Positions 1 through 10,608 of a stretch of DNA of 64,000 bases are shown here, piece by piece (within the stretch, counting starts at the first letter, position 1; every line of letters begins with the position of its first letter). The translations under genes and the position numbers were made by a program. Origin of the DNA: Klebsiella pneumoniae (GTDB lineage Bacteria > Pseudomonadota > Gammaproteobacteria > Burkholderiales > UBA3065); contig CAMDGF010000004.1 of the NCBI GenBank assembly GCA_945897555.1, forward strand, positions 41,450-105,449, read 5' to 3'. A model generated the notes under the pieces. That model saw nothing but the letters and a program-made list of their open reading frames with translations, searched no databases and was not told the origin of the DNA.

Positions 1-447
1 GACCTCGAACGACGGGTTCTCGGTGGTTGCGCCGACAAAGGTGAACAGGCCCGATTCCACGTGCGGCAGGAAAGCGTCCTGCTGCGCTTTGTTGAAGCGG
101 TGCACCTCGTCCACGAAGAGCACCGTGTGCCGGCCGCGTGCGCGGTGGGCCTGCGCCTGCTCGACCGCCTCACGGATCTCCTTCACGCCACCCAGCACCG
201 CCGAGATGGCGATCATCTCGGCGTCGAAGGCGGCAGCCGCCAGGCGGGCGAGGGTGGTCTTGCCGGTGCCGGGCGGCCCCCAGAGGATCATCGAATGGGC
301 GATGCCCTCGTCGAAGGCGCGCCGCAGCGGCGTGCCCGGCCCCAGCACCGCCGCCTGGCCGACGATGTCGTCGAGCGCACGTGGCCGCAGCCGTTCGGCA
401 AGAGGCACACGGCCGCCGGCGTCGTCGAACAGGGAGGGGTTGCTCAT
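1..447 (-). CDS. rarA: Replication-associated recombination protein A (AAA+ ATPase RarA/MgsA), N-terminal part; the gene runs off the left edge
   Basis: My reverse translation from CAT at 445-447 reads [31 protein letters not shown]...[16 protein letters not shown] (Walker A)...[42 protein letters not shown] (Walker B plus RarA block). It is absent from the ORF track because there is no stop inside the window. Confidence 0.85.
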   Translation of the reverse strand, partial: MSNPSLFDDAGGRVPLAERLRPRALDDIVGQAAVLGPGTPLRRAFDEGIAHSMILWGPPGTGKTTLARLAAAAFDAEMIAISAVLGGVKEIREAVEQAQAHRARGRHTVLFVDEVHRFNKAQQDAFLPHVESGLFTFVGATTENPSFEV

Positions 448-506
448 GGCTGCGATGTTGCCTCAGCCAGTAAGGTCTCTGCGCGCATTCAGCACAAGGA
501 CGATCG

Positions 507-1145
507 TCACTCGCTCAGAACATCGACCCCCGGCGGCGGCTCGAACATGAATGCCTCGGGGATGAGCTTGGGGTTGCGCAGCACCTTGCTGAACTTGAGC
601 ATGATGGTCTGGCCAAAGCTGTCGGTCAGCTCCATGGCAGCCGGCTCGCCGGCGCTGCTCATGCCGATGCGGATGCGCACAAAGCCGCTGTCGTCGCGCT
701 TGGGGCGGCCTTCGAGCCAGTCCAGCCCGTCCTGCTCGCCAATGTTGCGCAGCGCGTAGGCACTCTCGATCTGTGCGTCGCCGGCCAGCAGCGAAGCCGG
801 GGTGCCCGACATCGCACCACCGATGGCACGGCGCGTGGCCTGTTTGAGCTCGGGGTCGTAGAGCCAGAGCACCTTGCCGTCGCTCAACAGGATCTGTTCG
901 CTCGGCGTCTTGTACACCCAGCGAAACTTGCCGGGCCGCTGCAGAGCGAGGTAGCCGGTGTTGCGCTGCACCTCCTTGAGCCGCTCGTTGAGCACACGCT
1001 GGGTGAATTCCGCAGTGACGCTGCGCGTGTCAGCATTGAACGCGCGCAGCCGGGCAATGGCATCTGCCTGTGCTGCTGGCGTCGCCAGCAGTGCCCCTAG
1101 CGCAGCGCTGGCGAGGGCGAGCGCGGTTCTGTGGCGTGGCATCAT
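507..1145 (-). CDS. lolA: Outer-membrane lipoprotein carrier protein LolA
   Basis: 212-aa ORF with a signal peptide (...[10 protein letters not shown]) and LolA-like blocks ([39 protein letters not shown]). It lies immediately upstream of rarA, as in E. coli lolA-rarA. Confidence 0.85.
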   Translation of the reverse strand: MMPRHRTALALASAALGALLATPAAQADAIARLRAFNADTRSVTAEFTQRVLNERLKEVQRNTGYLALQRPGKFRWVYKTPSEQILLSDGKVLWLYDPELKQATRRAIGGAMSGTPASLLAGDAQIESAYALRNIGEQDGLDWLEGRPKRDDSGFVRIRIGMSSAGEPAAMELTDSFGQTIMLKFSKVLRNPKLIPEAFMFEPPPGVDVLSE

Positions 1146-2218
1146 GGGTTATCTGCGGCAAAGGCGACCACATGGTCGGCCTCGATGCGGATGCCGATGC
1201 GCGAACCGATGGCGTGGTCGTGATGGCTGGGTACCAGTGCCAGCGCTGAGATGCCGCCATCGAGTTCGAGTGTGTAAAGGATCTCTGCGCCACGGAAGAC
1301 CTTGCGCAGGACCCGCGCCGTGTGAGGGCTGGCGTCATCGTGGATGACGTCATCGGGGCGCAGCAGCACACGCACCGGGCCGGGGCGTGGCAGTGCCGGC
1401 CGTGCTGCCGGGTGGGGCGCATCGGCCCCGGTGGCGTCGATACGGCCGAACGGCAGCTGCACGTCGCCGTCGGGCAGCAATTGCGCAGCCACCATCACCC
1501 CTTCGCCGATGAAGCCGGCGACGAAGGCGTTGGCTGGCCAGTGATAGACGTCGTAAGGGGTGTCCCATTGCTGCAAGCAGCCCGATTCGAGGATGCCGAT
1601 GTGGTCGGCCATGGCGAAGGCCTCCCCTTGGTCGTGAGTGACCACCAGTGCCGTGGCGCCGCGCTCGCGCAGCAGTTCACCCACCTCGCGCGCCAGACTG
1701 TCGCGCAGCTCCGGGTCGAGGTTGGAGAAAGGTTCGTCCATGAGCAGGAGGTCGGGCTCGGGAGCCAGCGCCCGGGCCAGCGCCACCCGCTGCTGTTGGC
1801 CGCCTGAGAGTTCGTGCGGCCAAGCGCGACCCAGTCCGGAAAGCCCTACCACCTCGAGCCAGAACGACACACGACGCGCGCGTTCCGCGGCTTCCAGACG
1901 GTGCAGGCCAAAGCCGACGTTGTCGCTGACGCGCAGGTGTGGAAACAGGGCGTAGTCCTGGAACACCATGCCGATGCGGCGCCGCTCTGGTGGCAGCGTG
2001 TGGTCGACGCGGCTGACACTGCGTCCAGCCAGCAGGATCTCGCCGCCGAGCAGCGGTTCGAAGCCGGCGATGCCCCGCAACACGGTGGTCTTGCCGCAGC
2101 CCGAGGGCCCGAGCAGACAGGCGATGCTGCCGCGCTCGATGCTCAGGTCGAGGCCCTCCACCACGACGCGGCCGTGATAGCCGAGACGGGCGGCAAGCAG
2201 TTGCAACTGGGCCTTCAT
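1142..2218 (-). CDS. ABC transporter ATP-binding protein, Fe(III)/PotA-FbpC type
   Basis: Walker A GPSGCGKTT, signature LSGGQQQRVALARAL, Walker B LLLMDEPFSNLD and a C-terminal TOBE-like tail. Start trimmed to MKAQLQL (CAT at 2216-2218). Last gene of the SBP-permease-ATPase operon. Confidence 0.85.
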   Translation of the reverse strand: MKAQLQLLAARLGYHGRVVVEGLDLSIERGSIACLLGPSGCGKTTVLRGIAGFEPLLGGEILLAGRSVSRVDHTLPPERRRIGMVFQDYALFPHLRVSDNVGFGLHRLEAAERARRVSFWLEVVGLSGLGRAWPHELSGGQQQRVALARALAPEPDLLLMDEPFSNLDPELRDSLAREVGELLRERGATALVVTHDQGEAFAMADHIGILESGCLQQWDTPYDVYHWPANAFVAGFIGEGVMVAAQLLPDGDVQLPFGRIDATGADAPHPAARPALPRPGPVRVLLRPDDVIHDDASPHTARVLRKVFRGAEILYTLELDGGISALALVPSHHDHAIGSRIGIRIEADHVVAFAADNP

Positions 2219-2251
2219 GCAGCGGACACCTTGGCGCAAAGCATAGTCATG

Positions 2252-3916
2252 TCAGGTTGCGTTGTGGATCTGGCGGTTGAGCAGCACCAGTGGCAGCAGG
2301 CCGGTGGCAACGAGCGCGAGCGAGGGCAGTGCCGCCGCTTCCCACTGGCCTTCGGAGGTGAGTTCGAAGATACGGACCGCGAGCGTATCCCAGCCGAACG
2401 GGCGGGTCATCAGCGTGATCGGCATCTCCTTCATGACGTCGACCAGCACCAGCGCTGCGGCCGAGAACAGGGAGGGCGCGAGCAATGGCAGGTGCACCCG
2501 CAGCAGACGCCGCCGATTGCCGGCGCCGAGCACCCGCGCGGCCTCGTCGAGCGAGCGGCCGATGCGCGCCATGCCGGCCTCCACGGGCCCGAAGCCCACC
2601 GCCAGGAAACGCGCCACATAGGCGAGCAGGATGGCCACCAGCGTGCCACCGATGCGCCAGTCGATGCCAGCCAGCGCGGGCAGCGTGCGGTCGGCCAGGC
2701 TCAGCGCCACGAATACGCCGACCGCCAGCACCGCGCCCGGGATGGCATAGCCCAGCGTGGCCAGTCGTATGGCGATATGGGTGACGCGCCCTGGCGATTC
2801 GCGCCGTGCGTAGGCCAGCAACAGCGCCATGGTCACCACCAGTGCCGCCGCACTGAGCCCCAGCAGCAGCGTGCGCCCTGCCGCGCGCAGGCTGGCCGTA
2901 TCGAGGCCGGTAGGGTCGGACACCGCCCACAGCGCCAATTGCGCCAGCGGCAGCACGAAGGCGAGCAGCAGCACGCTGCTGCAGGCTGCGCTTGCCAGCC
3001 AGGCTCCGCCGCCGCTCAGGCGTTCACCCTCCTTGGTACGTCCGCGGCCGGGGCTCCAGTAGCCGGCGCGATCGCGCAGGCGGTTCTCGGTCACGGCGAT
3101 GGCAAAACCGATGATCAGCAGCACGCTGGCCAGTTGCGCTGCGGTACCGAGCGAGAACAGGCCGAACCAGCTCTTGTAGATGGCGGTGGTGAAGGTGTCG
3201 ACGTTGAAGACCGAGACGGTGCCGAAATCCGCCAGTGTCTCCATGGTCACCAGCAGCAGGCCTGCTGCCAGCCAGGGTCGGCTCATCGGCAGGGCGACCC
3301 GCCAGAAGGCCCGGCGCCGGCTCAAGCCGAGACTACGCGCCGCCTCCATGGCGCGCTGTCCTTGGCTATCGAAGGCGTTGCGACACAGCAGATAGACATA
3401 CGGGTAGAGCGAGAGCACCAGCACCAAGGCAGCACCACCGAGCGAGCGCACCGGCGGCAGGCGCAGGTCTGGCCCCAGCAGTGTGCGCAGCCAGGTCTGC
3501 AGGGGGCCGGCGAAGTCGAGCAGCCCCACTGTCACAAAAGCCAATACATAGGCGGGTAGCGCCATCGGCAGTATCAGCGCCCAGCTGAAGACATCGCGAC
3601 CCGGGAAGCGGTAGCGGCTCACCAGCCACGCGAGGCTGGCGCCGAGCACGGCCGTGCCTGCAACCACCAGCCCGAGCAGTTCGAGTGTGTTGGCGCCGAC
3701 GCTGGGCAGCACGTGGCCCAGCAGATGCTCAAGCAGCGCAGGATCGGCTTCGCCGATGCGGGTCAGCAGCACCACCAGCGGTGCCACCACCAGCGCGGCG
3801 ATCAGCATCGCAACGCCGCGCCACAGCAGGCGCTGGCGCTCACCGCTGTTCGCGCGCCGGGGCGTCAAGGCGCCCACGGCGGTTGTCGCGGAGGTGCTGT
3901 CAGCGATAGCCGGCAC
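2252..3916 (-). CDS. Iron(III) ABC transporter permease (fused double permease, FbpB-like)
   Basis: 554-aa highly hydrophobic ORF with two permease halves, located between an FbpA-like binding protein and an FbpC-like ATPase. The start is uncertain; as called it overlaps the upstream stop by 17 nt. Confidence 0.8.
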   Translation of the reverse strand: MPAIADSTSATTAVGALTPRRANSGERQRLLWRGVAMLIAALVVAPLVVLLTRIGEADPALLEHLLGHVLPSVGANTLELLGLVVAGTAVLGASLAWLVSRYRFPGRDVFSWALILPMALPAYVLAFVTVGLLDFAGPLQTWLRTLLGPDLRLPPVRSLGGAALVLVLSLYPYVYLLCRNAFDSQGQRAMEAARSLGLSRRRAFWRVALPMSRPWLAAGLLLVTMETLADFGTVSVFNVDTFTTAIYKSWFGLFSLGTAAQLASVLLIIGFAIAVTENRLRDRAGYWSPGRGRTKEGERLSGGGAWLASAACSSVLLLAFVLPLAQLALWAVSDPTGLDTASLRAAGRTLLLGLSAAALVVTMALLLAYARRESPGRVTHIAIRLATLGYAIPGAVLAVGVFVALSLADRTLPALAGIDWRIGGTLVAILLAYVARFLAVGFGPVEAGMARIGRSLDEAARVLGAGNRRRLLRVHLPLLAPSLFSAAALVLVDVMKEMPITLMTRPFGWDTLAVRIFELTSEGQWEAAALPSLALVATGLLPLVLLNRQIHNAT

Positions 3917-4934
3917 GGTCCATCAGGCGCACAGCGGTGGCTTGCAGCCGGCCGGCCTCGGCCACGTTGAGCGGGCTCGCCTTGAAGCTGCCCCAGGCCT
4001 TCACCGTCGCATCCGGCGCCACCGCAGGGTTCACTGGGAACTCGAGATTGACATCGGCGAAGAGGTTCTGCGCTTTGGGCGAGGCCAGCCACTCCAGCAG
4101 CTTCTGCGCCTGCGCTGCCTGTTTGCCGTGGCGGGTCAGGCCAGCGCCCGAGACATTGATGTGCACGCCGCCGTCGTTCTGGTTGGCCCAGAAGATGGCC
4201 AGCGGCAGTTCCGGCTTCTTCTCCATGAGCCGGCCGTAATAGTAGGTGTTGGCGACGCCCACCGCGCATTGTCCGGCGGCCACTGCCTCGAGCATGCGCG
4301 TGTCGTCGGCGAAGGGTTCGGTACCTAGATTGGCCACCCAGCCGCGCACGATCTGCTCGGCCTTGGCCTCGCCGTGTTCGGCAATCAGCATGGCCACCAA
4401 GGATTGGTTGTAGACCTTCTTGCTCGAGCGCAGGCACAACTTGCCCCGCCACTTCGGGCTGGCCAGGTCTTCGTAGGTGGAGAGGTCGGCAGCCTTGGTC
4501 ATCTTGGTGTTGAAGAACAGCGTGCGCGCACGGATCGACAGCCCGTACCACTGCTTGCCGGGGTCGCGCAGGTTGGCCGGCACTGCCTTGTCCAGCGTGG
4601 CCGATTCGATCGGCCGCAGTACGCCCTCCTGCGCCGCCTGCCAGAGGTTGCCGGCGTCGGTGGTGATGAGTAGGTCGGCCGGGGTATTGACGCCTTCGGC
4701 CTTGAGCCGCTCGACCAGCGCGCCCTCCTTGTCGGTGATGTACTGGATCTCGACGCCGGTCTCCTTGGTGTAGGCCTCGAACATCGGCTTGATCAGCGCC
4801 TCGATGCGCGCGGAGTACACCACCAGTCGGTCGGCGGCGCGCGCCGGGGCGGTCGGCAGCAAGGTGGCAGCAAGCAGAAGGGCAGCGCACCCATAGCGGG
4901 CGATCGTGCGGGGGAGCGGTTTCGGATGTTTCAT
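3900..4934 (-). CDS. Fe(III) ABC transporter periplasmic substrate-binding protein (FbpA/AfuA-like)
   Basis: Start trimmed to MKHPKPLPRTIARYGCAALLLAATLLPTAPARA (signal peptide; CAT at 4932-4934). The mature part resembles iron-binding SBPs (VVYSARIEALIKPMFEAYTKETGVEIQYITDK...). First gene of the operon, with a Fur-box-like site upstream. Confidence 0.8.
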   Translation of the reverse strand: MKHPKPLPRTIARYGCAALLLAATLLPTAPARAADRLVVYSARIEALIKPMFEAYTKETGVEIQYITDKEGALVERLKAEGVNTPADLLITTDAGNLWQAAQEGVLRPIESATLDKAVPANLRDPGKQWYGLSIRARTLFFNTKMTKAADLSTYEDLASPKWRGKLCLRSSKKVYNQSLVAMLIAEHGEAKAEQIVRGWVANLGTEPFADDTRMLEAVAAGQCAVGVANTYYYGRLMEKKPELPLAIFWANQNDGGVHINVSGAGLTRHGKQAAQAQKLLEWLASPKAQNLFADVNLEFPVNPAVAPDATVKAWGSFKASPLNVAEAGRLQATAVRLMDRAGYR

Positions 4935-4945
4935 GGATCGAGCAG

Positions 4946-4972
4946 AATGCGCGAATAAGAATGATTCGCATT
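4946..4972. promoter_or_regulatory. Putative Fur box in the promoter of the Fe(III) ABC operon
   Basis: AATGCGCGAATAAGAATGATTCGCATT is an AT-rich island in GC-rich DNA with inverted ends AATGCG...CGCATT and a GATAAT/ATCATT-like core. It lies 12-38 nt upstream of the SBP start codon. Confidence 0.55.
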
Positions 4973-5061
4973 TTGGCAGAAGTTGACGTGTCGCGCAAAC
5001 CCGCTTGCAGCAGGTGCCCGCGCGGGGTGGCTGCGGTGCAGCCTGCACGGGCCGCGATGTC

Positions 5062-6336
5062 TCAGCGGCTGATACGCGTCAGTCGAACGCCAAAGAACCC
5101 GTCGGTACCCTGCTCGTGTGGCGACAGTTGCAGTGTCTCGGTGGTGGCGAGGGCGTCGGGTAGCTCCGGGCACACCTTGGCCAGCGCCGGTCCAGCGGCT
5201 TCGATGGCAAAGTCGGAGCGAGTCGCGAGGAAGGCGTCCACGACATCCTGGTTCTCCTCGCGCAGCGGGCTGCAGGTGCCGTAAACGAGCACACCACCGG
5301 GCTTCACCAGCAGCGCTGCGGCGGCGAGGATGCGCGCCTGCTTGGCCGTGAGTTCGGCCAGTGCCGCAGCCGATTGGCGGAATTTGAGGTCGGGGTTGCG
5401 CCGCAGAGTGCCCAGTCCGCTGCAAGGCGCGTCCACCAGCACGCGGTCCAGTTTGCCGGCTAGCTTGGCGAGGCGCGGGTCTGCCTCGCTTTCGATGCGC
5501 TGCGGCTGCACATTGCTGGTTCCCGCCCGCTTGAGCCGCGGCGAGAGTTGCGCCAGCCGTTTCTCCGACACATCCATGGCGTACACCTGCCCGCTGTCGC
5601 GCATCTGCGCGGCGATGAGCAGTGTCTTGCCGCCGGCGCCGGCGCAGAAGTCGCCGATGCGCTCGCCGCGCCGTGCGCCCAGCAGCAGCCCAAGCAGCTG
5701 GCTGCCCTCGTCCTGCACCTCGACGCTGCCGTCGCGGAACAGCCGGTGCTCCTGCAGCACGATCTTGCGGGCCAGGCGGATGCCGAGCGGGGAGAGCAGG
5801 GTGGGGGCCGCTTCGATGCCCTCGGCGTGCAGCATCGCCAAGGCATCCTCACGGTGGATGCGATGGGTGTTGACGCGCAGGTCGAGCGGCGCCGGCTGCT
5901 GCATGGCGCGGCCGAAGGCCAGCGCCCAGTCTTCGCCGCGCGCGGTCGCAAGGCGAGTCCAGGCCCAATCCGGCAGGTCGGCGGCCACCGCTGGCGGCGC
6001 GGTGTCGCCGCCGCTCACCGAGGCCAGCCACTCGCGGTCGGCGGTCTTCAGCAGAGGTTCGAGGGCGCGGCCCGACAAGCCGCCGACGCGCTTGAGGCTG
6101 AGCGCGAGCAGGCGACGCGCGTTGCCGGCATCGTCTGGTGCCAGCCAGCGCAGCCACACCAGCCGCCGCAGCGTGGTGAAGACCGTCTCGGCGATCAGTG
6201 CACGGTCGCGCTGGCCCAGTCTGGCGTTGCGTTGGAAGAAGTGGCGCAGCACGCGATCGGCCGGGTGCTCAAAGGTGAGCACCTCGCGCATCACCATGAC
6301 CAGCTGTTCGAACTGGGCCGGGGTGGGTGTCAGCAT
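5062..6336 (-). CDS. rsmB: 16S rRNA (cytosine-C5)-methyltransferase, RsmB/Sun family
   Basis: Start trimmed to MLTPTPAQFEQL (CAT at 6334-6336); the 92 codons upstream in the track ORF look non-coding. NusB-like N-terminus plus a SAM-MTase core (DFCAGAGGKT, VLVDAPCSGLGTLRRNPD, GGVLVYGTCS). Confidence 0.85.
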   Translation of the reverse strand: MLTPTPAQFEQLVMVMREVLTFEHPADRVLRHFFQRNARLGQRDRALIAETVFTTLRRLVWLRWLAPDDAGNARRLLALSLKRVGGLSGRALEPLLKTADREWLASVSGGDTAPPAVAADLPDWAWTRLATARGEDWALAFGRAMQQPAPLDLRVNTHRIHREDALAMLHAEGIEAAPTLLSPLGIRLARKIVLQEHRLFRDGSVEVQDEGSQLLGLLLGARRGERIGDFCAGAGGKTLLIAAQMRDSGQVYAMDVSEKRLAQLSPRLKRAGTSNVQPQRIESEADPRLAKLAGKLDRVLVDAPCSGLGTLRRNPDLKFRQSAAALAELTAKQARILAAAALLVKPGGVLVYGTCSPLREENQDVVDAFLATRSDFAIEAAGPALAKVCPELPDALATTETLQLSPHEQGTDGFFGVRLTRISR

Positions 6337-6361
6337 GGTGCAAGGTCCTTGGAGCGACTGT

Positions 6362-7411
6362 TCACGGCTGGAACTCGATGTGGGTGAGCACCTGCTCGAA
6401 TCGGTTGCCGAGGCGGTCGTACAGGCGGATGCGGATCGGCAGGTAGGGCGGCTGGTGCTGCAGCCAGACCTCTGCTTCCGTGGCGGCACCGATGCGCTGG
6501 TAGTAGTAGGCCTCCATCTCGCCGGCCGGCACCTTGATGCGCACGGTCTGAGGCGCACTGAAGCTGTAGTCGCGCTGGCGCTTGATGGTCGCCAGCGGGA
6601 TCGAGATGGCATCCGTTGGCAGCAGCGGCAACTGATGCAAAAAGCTCATCAGGTCTTGGGTGCCCGGTACCAGGTCGAATTCCCGGGAGCGGCCTTTGGC
6701 ATCGTTGACCAACGCCTTGCCAGCTGCCCAGTCGAACATGATGAGGTCGAGTTTGTCGAGGCTGCCACGTTCAAAGGTGTAACGCTCGGGCGTGAGCCCG
6801 TTGGCGCCGATCCTGCCTTCGCTGGTCTGGCGATACTCGCCGCCGAAGAACATCGCTGCCACGCCGCTGGCAGTGCCCACCGTCTCGATGCGGTAGCGCT
6901 CGCCCGCCTTGCGCCAGCGCCACACGACCTCCCCCACCTTGCCCTCGCCGCGCAGCACGTTGAAGCGCAGGTCAGCGGAGGTGGCGAGCCCTTGCACCGC
7001 AAGCAGCGCCGGCGGCTCTTCCGCTGCCGGTTCCTCGGCCAGCAACGGCGCTGGCACCTCCTCCACGGCAGTTTCGCTGGCCGATGGCAGGTCGCCGCCG
7101 GCGGAGCCGGGCGCCCCCTCCGATTCCCCAGAAGGCTCGGCCTCAGGCATCGCTTCTTGGATCACGGGCGGTGGCTCGGCCAAGGGTGGGGCTTCGACCT
7201 GGGGTGGTGGCGGGGGCTTGGCCATCTTCGGCTTGGGCGGCAACCGGCGCGGTGGCAGTGTCACCGGCGGCGGCTCGCTGCGCAGCTCGACTGCCAGCGG
7301 TTCGCGCTCCTCGGCATCGGTGGCGGTGTCTGGCAGCAAGGCGATGAGTGCCAGATGCGCCACCAGCGATGCGGCCGCTGCCGCGGCCATCAGGCGGTCG
7401 CTGCGCCGCAT
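6362..7411 (-). CDS. DUF3108-like protein with N-terminal membrane anchor and Pro-rich linker
   Basis: Start trimmed to MRRSDRLMAAAAAASLVAHLALIALL (CAT at 7409-7411). A Pro-rich stretch (PPKPKMAKPPPPPQVEAPPL) is followed by a beta-rich C-terminal domain of the type usually annotated DUF3108. The assignment is from memory of the family, not a search. Confidence 0.6.
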   Translation of the reverse strand: MRRSDRLMAAAAAASLVAHLALIALLPDTATDAEEREPLAVELRSEPPPVTLPPRRLPPKPKMAKPPPPPQVEAPPLAEPPPVIQEAMPEAEPSGESEGAPGSAGGDLPSASETAVEEVPAPLLAEEPAAEEPPALLAVQGLATSADLRFNVLRGEGKVGEVVWRWRKAGERYRIETVGTASGVAAMFFGGEYRQTSEGRIGANGLTPERYTFERGSLDKLDLIMFDWAAGKALVNDAKGRSREFDLVPGTQDLMSFLHQLPLLPTDAISIPLATIKRQRDYSFSAPQTVRIKVPAGEMEAYYYQRIGAATEAEVWLQHQPPYLPIRIRLYDRLGNRFEQVLTHIEFQP

Positions 7412-7424
7412 GGCTCCACCGGGT

Positions 7425-8060
7425 TCAGCACGCCGTCGGATAGTGGCTTGCGACGGGCCACGTGCAGGCCTTGTGCCACGCCACCCGTCTACCTTCGAGC
7501 GCGAATGCGCCCTCGCACCAGGCGCGCAGCACAGCAGGGTAGAGCCGGTGCTCCTCGGCGAGGACCCGCGCCGCCAGCCGATCGGCATCGTCGTCCGGCA
7601 GCACCGGCACGCTGGCCTGGGCGATGATCGGCCCCTCATCCATGCCCTCGGTTACATAGTGCACCGTGCAGCCATGCACGCAGCAACCACGCTCGATGGC
7701 GCGCTGGTGCGTGTCGAGACCGGTGAAGGCGGGCAGCAGGGCGGGGTGGATGTTGATCATGCGGCCGGCGAAGCGGCGGATGAAGCCGGGGGTGAGCAGC
7801 CGCATGAAGCCGGCCATCACCACCAGGTCTGGCTGGTGTGCGTCGATGGCATCCGCCAGCGCGATGTCGAACGCCTCGCGGCCAGTGAAGGCCTGGTGGT
7901 CGACCACCTGCGTGGCGATGCCGTGGCCGGCTGCAAAGGCCAGCCCAGCAGCATCCGGACGGTTCGAGATGACCGCCGCGACCTCGATCGGCAGTCGCGC
8001 CTCGACCAGCGCGCGCAGGTTGCTGCCGCGGCCGGAGATGAGCACGACGATGCGCTTCAT
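7425..8060 (-). CDS. purN: Phosphoribosylglycinamide formyltransferase
   Basis: 211 aa. MKRIVVLISGRGSNLRAL, INIHPALLPAF and GCTVHYVTEGMDEGPIIAQ are classic PurN motifs. Downstream of purM. Confidence 0.92.
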   Translation of the reverse strand: MKRIVVLISGRGSNLRALVEARLPIEVAAVISNRPDAAGLAFAAGHGIATQVVDHQAFTGREAFDIALADAIDAHQPDLVVMAGFMRLLTPGFIRRFAGRMINIHPALLPAFTGLDTHQRAIERGCCVHGCTVHYVTEGMDEGPIIAQASVPVLPDDDADRLAARVLAEEHRLYPAVLRAWCEGAFALEGRRVAWHKACTWPVASHYPTAC

Positions 8061-8127
8061 GCGGCTTCCGACCCCGCAAGGACGGTCCCGGTTCGCGCGG
8101 GGCCGTTTGGCGTGGCGTCGGGCTGCA

Positions 8128-9159
8128 TCAGGCGATCAGGGTCTGTGCTTCGCCTGCCGCAGCGCGATCGACGCGGCCGATGGCCCAAGCGGCCAGCCCC
8201 GCAGCCTTGAGCGCGTCCAGTGCGGTGTCGGCCTCGGCCGCGCTCACCACCACACACATGCCGATGCCGCAATTGAACACGCGATGCATCTCGTCGTCGG
8301 CCACCTGGCCCTTGTCTTGCAGCCAGTCGAACACCGTTGGGCGCTGCCAGCTGCCGGCCTGCAGGCGGGCGGTCAGGCCCTCTCCAAGGATGCGCGGCAG
8401 GTTGCCGGTGATGCCGCCGCCGGTGATGTGCGCCATGCCCTTGATCGCCACCTGCCGGCGCAGGCCGAGCAGCGGCTTGACGTAGATGGCGGTGGGGGTC
8501 ATCAGCGTACGGCCAAGTGTGCTGCCTTCGAAGGCACCTTCCAGATCGGCGCTCGCGTCGCGCACGATGCGGCGGATCAGCGAGTAGCCGTTGGAATGCG
8601 GCCCGCTCGAGGCGATGCCGATCACCACGTCGCCGGGGGCTATCGCGTGGCCATCAAGGATCTCGCTCTTCTCGACCACGCCCACCGCAAAGCCGGCCAG
8701 GTCGTATTCGCCGTCGGGGTACATGCCCGGCATCTCGGCCGTCTCTCCGCCGATGAGCGCGCAGCCTGCCAGTTCGCAACCGGTGGCGATGCCGCCGACC
8801 ACGGCTGCTGCCACGTCCACGTGCAGCTTGCCGCAGGCGAAATAGTCGAGGAAGAACAGCGGCTCGGCGCCCTGCACCAGGATGTCGTTCACGCTCATCG
8901 CCACGAGGTCGATGCCCACTGTGTCGTGCGCCCCCAATTCGAAAGCCAGCTTGAGTTTGGTGCCGACGCCATCGGTGCCCGCGACCAGCACCGGCTCGCG
9001 GTACTTGGCCGGCAGGCCGCACAGCGCGCCAAAGCCGCCGATGCCGGCCATCACCTCGGGGCGCAGGGTGCGGCGGGCCAGGGGTTTGATGCGTTCGACG
9101 AGCGCGTCGCCCGCGTCGATGTCGACACCGGCGTCGCGGTAGGTGAGGGGCTGGGTCAT
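8128..9159 (-). CDS. purM: Phosphoribosylformylglycinamidine cyclo-ligase (AIR synthetase)
   Basis: [17 protein letters not shown]...[12 protein letters not shown]...GGETAEMPG motifs. Start trimmed to the Met at 9157-9159; the track ORF starts 6 codons upstream at 9177. Confidence 0.92.
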   Translation of the reverse strand: MTQPLTYRDAGVDIDAGDALVERIKPLARRTLRPEVMAGIGGFGALCGLPAKYREPVLVAGTDGVGTKLKLAFELGAHDTVGIDLVAMSVNDILVQGAEPLFFLDYFACGKLHVDVAAAVVGGIATGCELAGCALIGGETAEMPGMYPDGEYDLAGFAVGVVEKSEILDGHAIAPGDVVIGIASSGPHSNGYSLIRRIVRDASADLEGAFEGSTLGRTLMTPTAIYVKPLLGLRRQVAIKGMAHITGGGITGNLPRILGEGLTARLQAGSWQRPTVFDWLQDKGQVADDEMHRVFNCGIGMCVVVSAAEADTALDALKAAGLAAWAIGRVDRAAAGEAQTLIA

Positions 9160-9218
9160 GCGGGGCTCGGAATGCATCGCGGAGTGCAGATTCTACCGTG
9201 GGGTGCAAGAATCGCTGC

Positions 9219-10490
9219 ATGACCAGTGACGCTCGATCTGCCGATTACCCCCACGCCAACCGCGACATCCTCGTTGGCGCGACGGCCGGTATCGCCATCG
9301 GCCTAGGCATGGCGCAACTGCCCGATGGCTCAGCGCTGCAGGCTGCCGCCACCTGGGCCATCGGCCTGCTGGGCGGCATGTTCATCGCATCACTCAAGAT
9401 GGTCACGGTGCCGCTGCTGTTCGCTTCGGTGGCGAGTGGCATCCGCGCGCTCTGGGCGCAACGTGACGGCGGCACCATCTGGCGGACGGCATTGCTGTTC
9501 TTCGCCCTCACTGCAGCCCTCGCGGTGACCATGGGCATCGCCGCCGCCAACCTGTTCCAGCCGGGTGCTGGTCTGCCGCCCGATCTGCTGCCGGCATCGG
9601 CTGCGGCACGCGAGGCGCCTGACGCTGCCGGCTTTTTGCAGAGACTGTTGATCGACAGTCTGCAGAACCCTTTCCACGCACTGGCCGATGCCGCCATCCT
9701 TCCGCTCATCGTCAGCGCGCTGCTCCTCGGTGCGGCGGTGGGCCGCCAGCCGCAGCGATTCGCCACGCTCAGCCGGCTCATCGACGAGCTGCTCGATCTG
9801 TCGCTGCTGGTGGTGGGGTGGATCATGCGTGTGGCACCGATCGGCATCGGCGCGCTGCTGGCCAAGCTGGCGGCGACCGCCACCGCGGCGGTGTTCGGCG
9901 CGCTGGCCAAGTTCGCATTCGTGGTGCTCGGCACCACGGTTCTGCATGGGCTGGTGGTGCTGCCCCTGCTGGTCTGGCTGCTGGCTGGCCTGCGGCCATG
10001 GCGCTATCTGCACGGCGCACGCCTGCCCATGCTCGCGGCATTGGCGACCAGCAGCAGCGCTGCCACGCTGCCGGTCAGCCTGCGGGCCGCCGACGATGAA
10101 CTGCGCATAGCGCCTGCCGTGAGTCGCTTTGTGGTGCCTCTCGGCACCACCATCAACATGGACGGCACCGCGCTCTACGAGGCTGCTGCCGCGCTGTTCG
10201 TGGCGCAACTGGTCGGCATCGAGCTCAGCTTGGCGCAGCAGTGCATCGTTGCGCTGATGGCCATGCTGGCGGCCATCGGCGCACCCGGCATCCCCAGCGC
10301 CGGCATGGTCACCATGGTCATGGTGCTGCAGTCGGTGGGACTGCCGGTCGAGGCGATCGCGCTGTTGCTGCCGATCGATCGTTTGCTCGATGCGGTGCGC
10401 ACCATGGTCAATGTACAAGGTGACTTGGCGACCAGTCTCGTGGTGCAGAAGCGGGCGGCGTGGCAAGGCAAGGCAGTGAGTCAGCCCTGA
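9219..10490 (+). CDS. Dicarboxylate/amino acid:cation symporter (DAACS/GltP family)
   Basis: Polytopic membrane ORF with SDF-family blocks ([36 protein letters not shown]). ATG at 9219 is preferred over GTG at 9198, but the start is uncertain. Confidence 0.8.
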   Translation: MTSDARSADYPHANRDILVGATAGIAIGLGMAQLPDGSALQAAATWAIGLLGGMFIASLKMVTVPLLFASVASGIRALWAQRDGGTIWRTALLFFALTAALAVTMGIAAANLFQPGAGLPPDLLPASAAAREAPDAAGFLQRLLIDSLQNPFHALADAAILPLIVSALLLGAAVGRQPQRFATLSRLIDELLDLSLLVVGWIMRVAPIGIGALLAKLAATATAAVFGALAKFAFVVLGTTVLHGLVVLPLLVWLLAGLRPWRYLHGARLPMLAALATSSSAATLPVSLRAADDELRIAPAVSRFVVPLGTTINMDGTALYEAAAALFVAQLVGIELSLAQQCIVALMAMLAAIGAPGIPSAGMVTMVMVLQSVGLPVEAIALLLPIDRLLDAVRTMVNVQGDLATSLVVQKRAAWQGKAVSQP

Positions 10491-10608
10491 GCCCGCCACC
10501 CGTGGCGGCTCTGCCCCGACGCAGCGCGGGCGCGATAGAATAGCGGGCTTTTTCTTATCGTCCGCCGCTCTTCGCGGCACGCACCAACCGAGCACCCACG
10601 GAGTCCAC

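Noticed and set aside
1814-3559. 581-aa plus-strand ORF, and similar long ORFs at 5330..7627, 7666..9222, 9390..10610, 14223..15503, 17495..18937 and 59271..60698
   Set aside because: All lie antisense to, or out of frame with, strongly recognisable conserved genes. Their translations are Arg/Ala/Gly/His/Pro-rich low-complexity strings, typical of stop-poor alternative frames in high-GC DNA.
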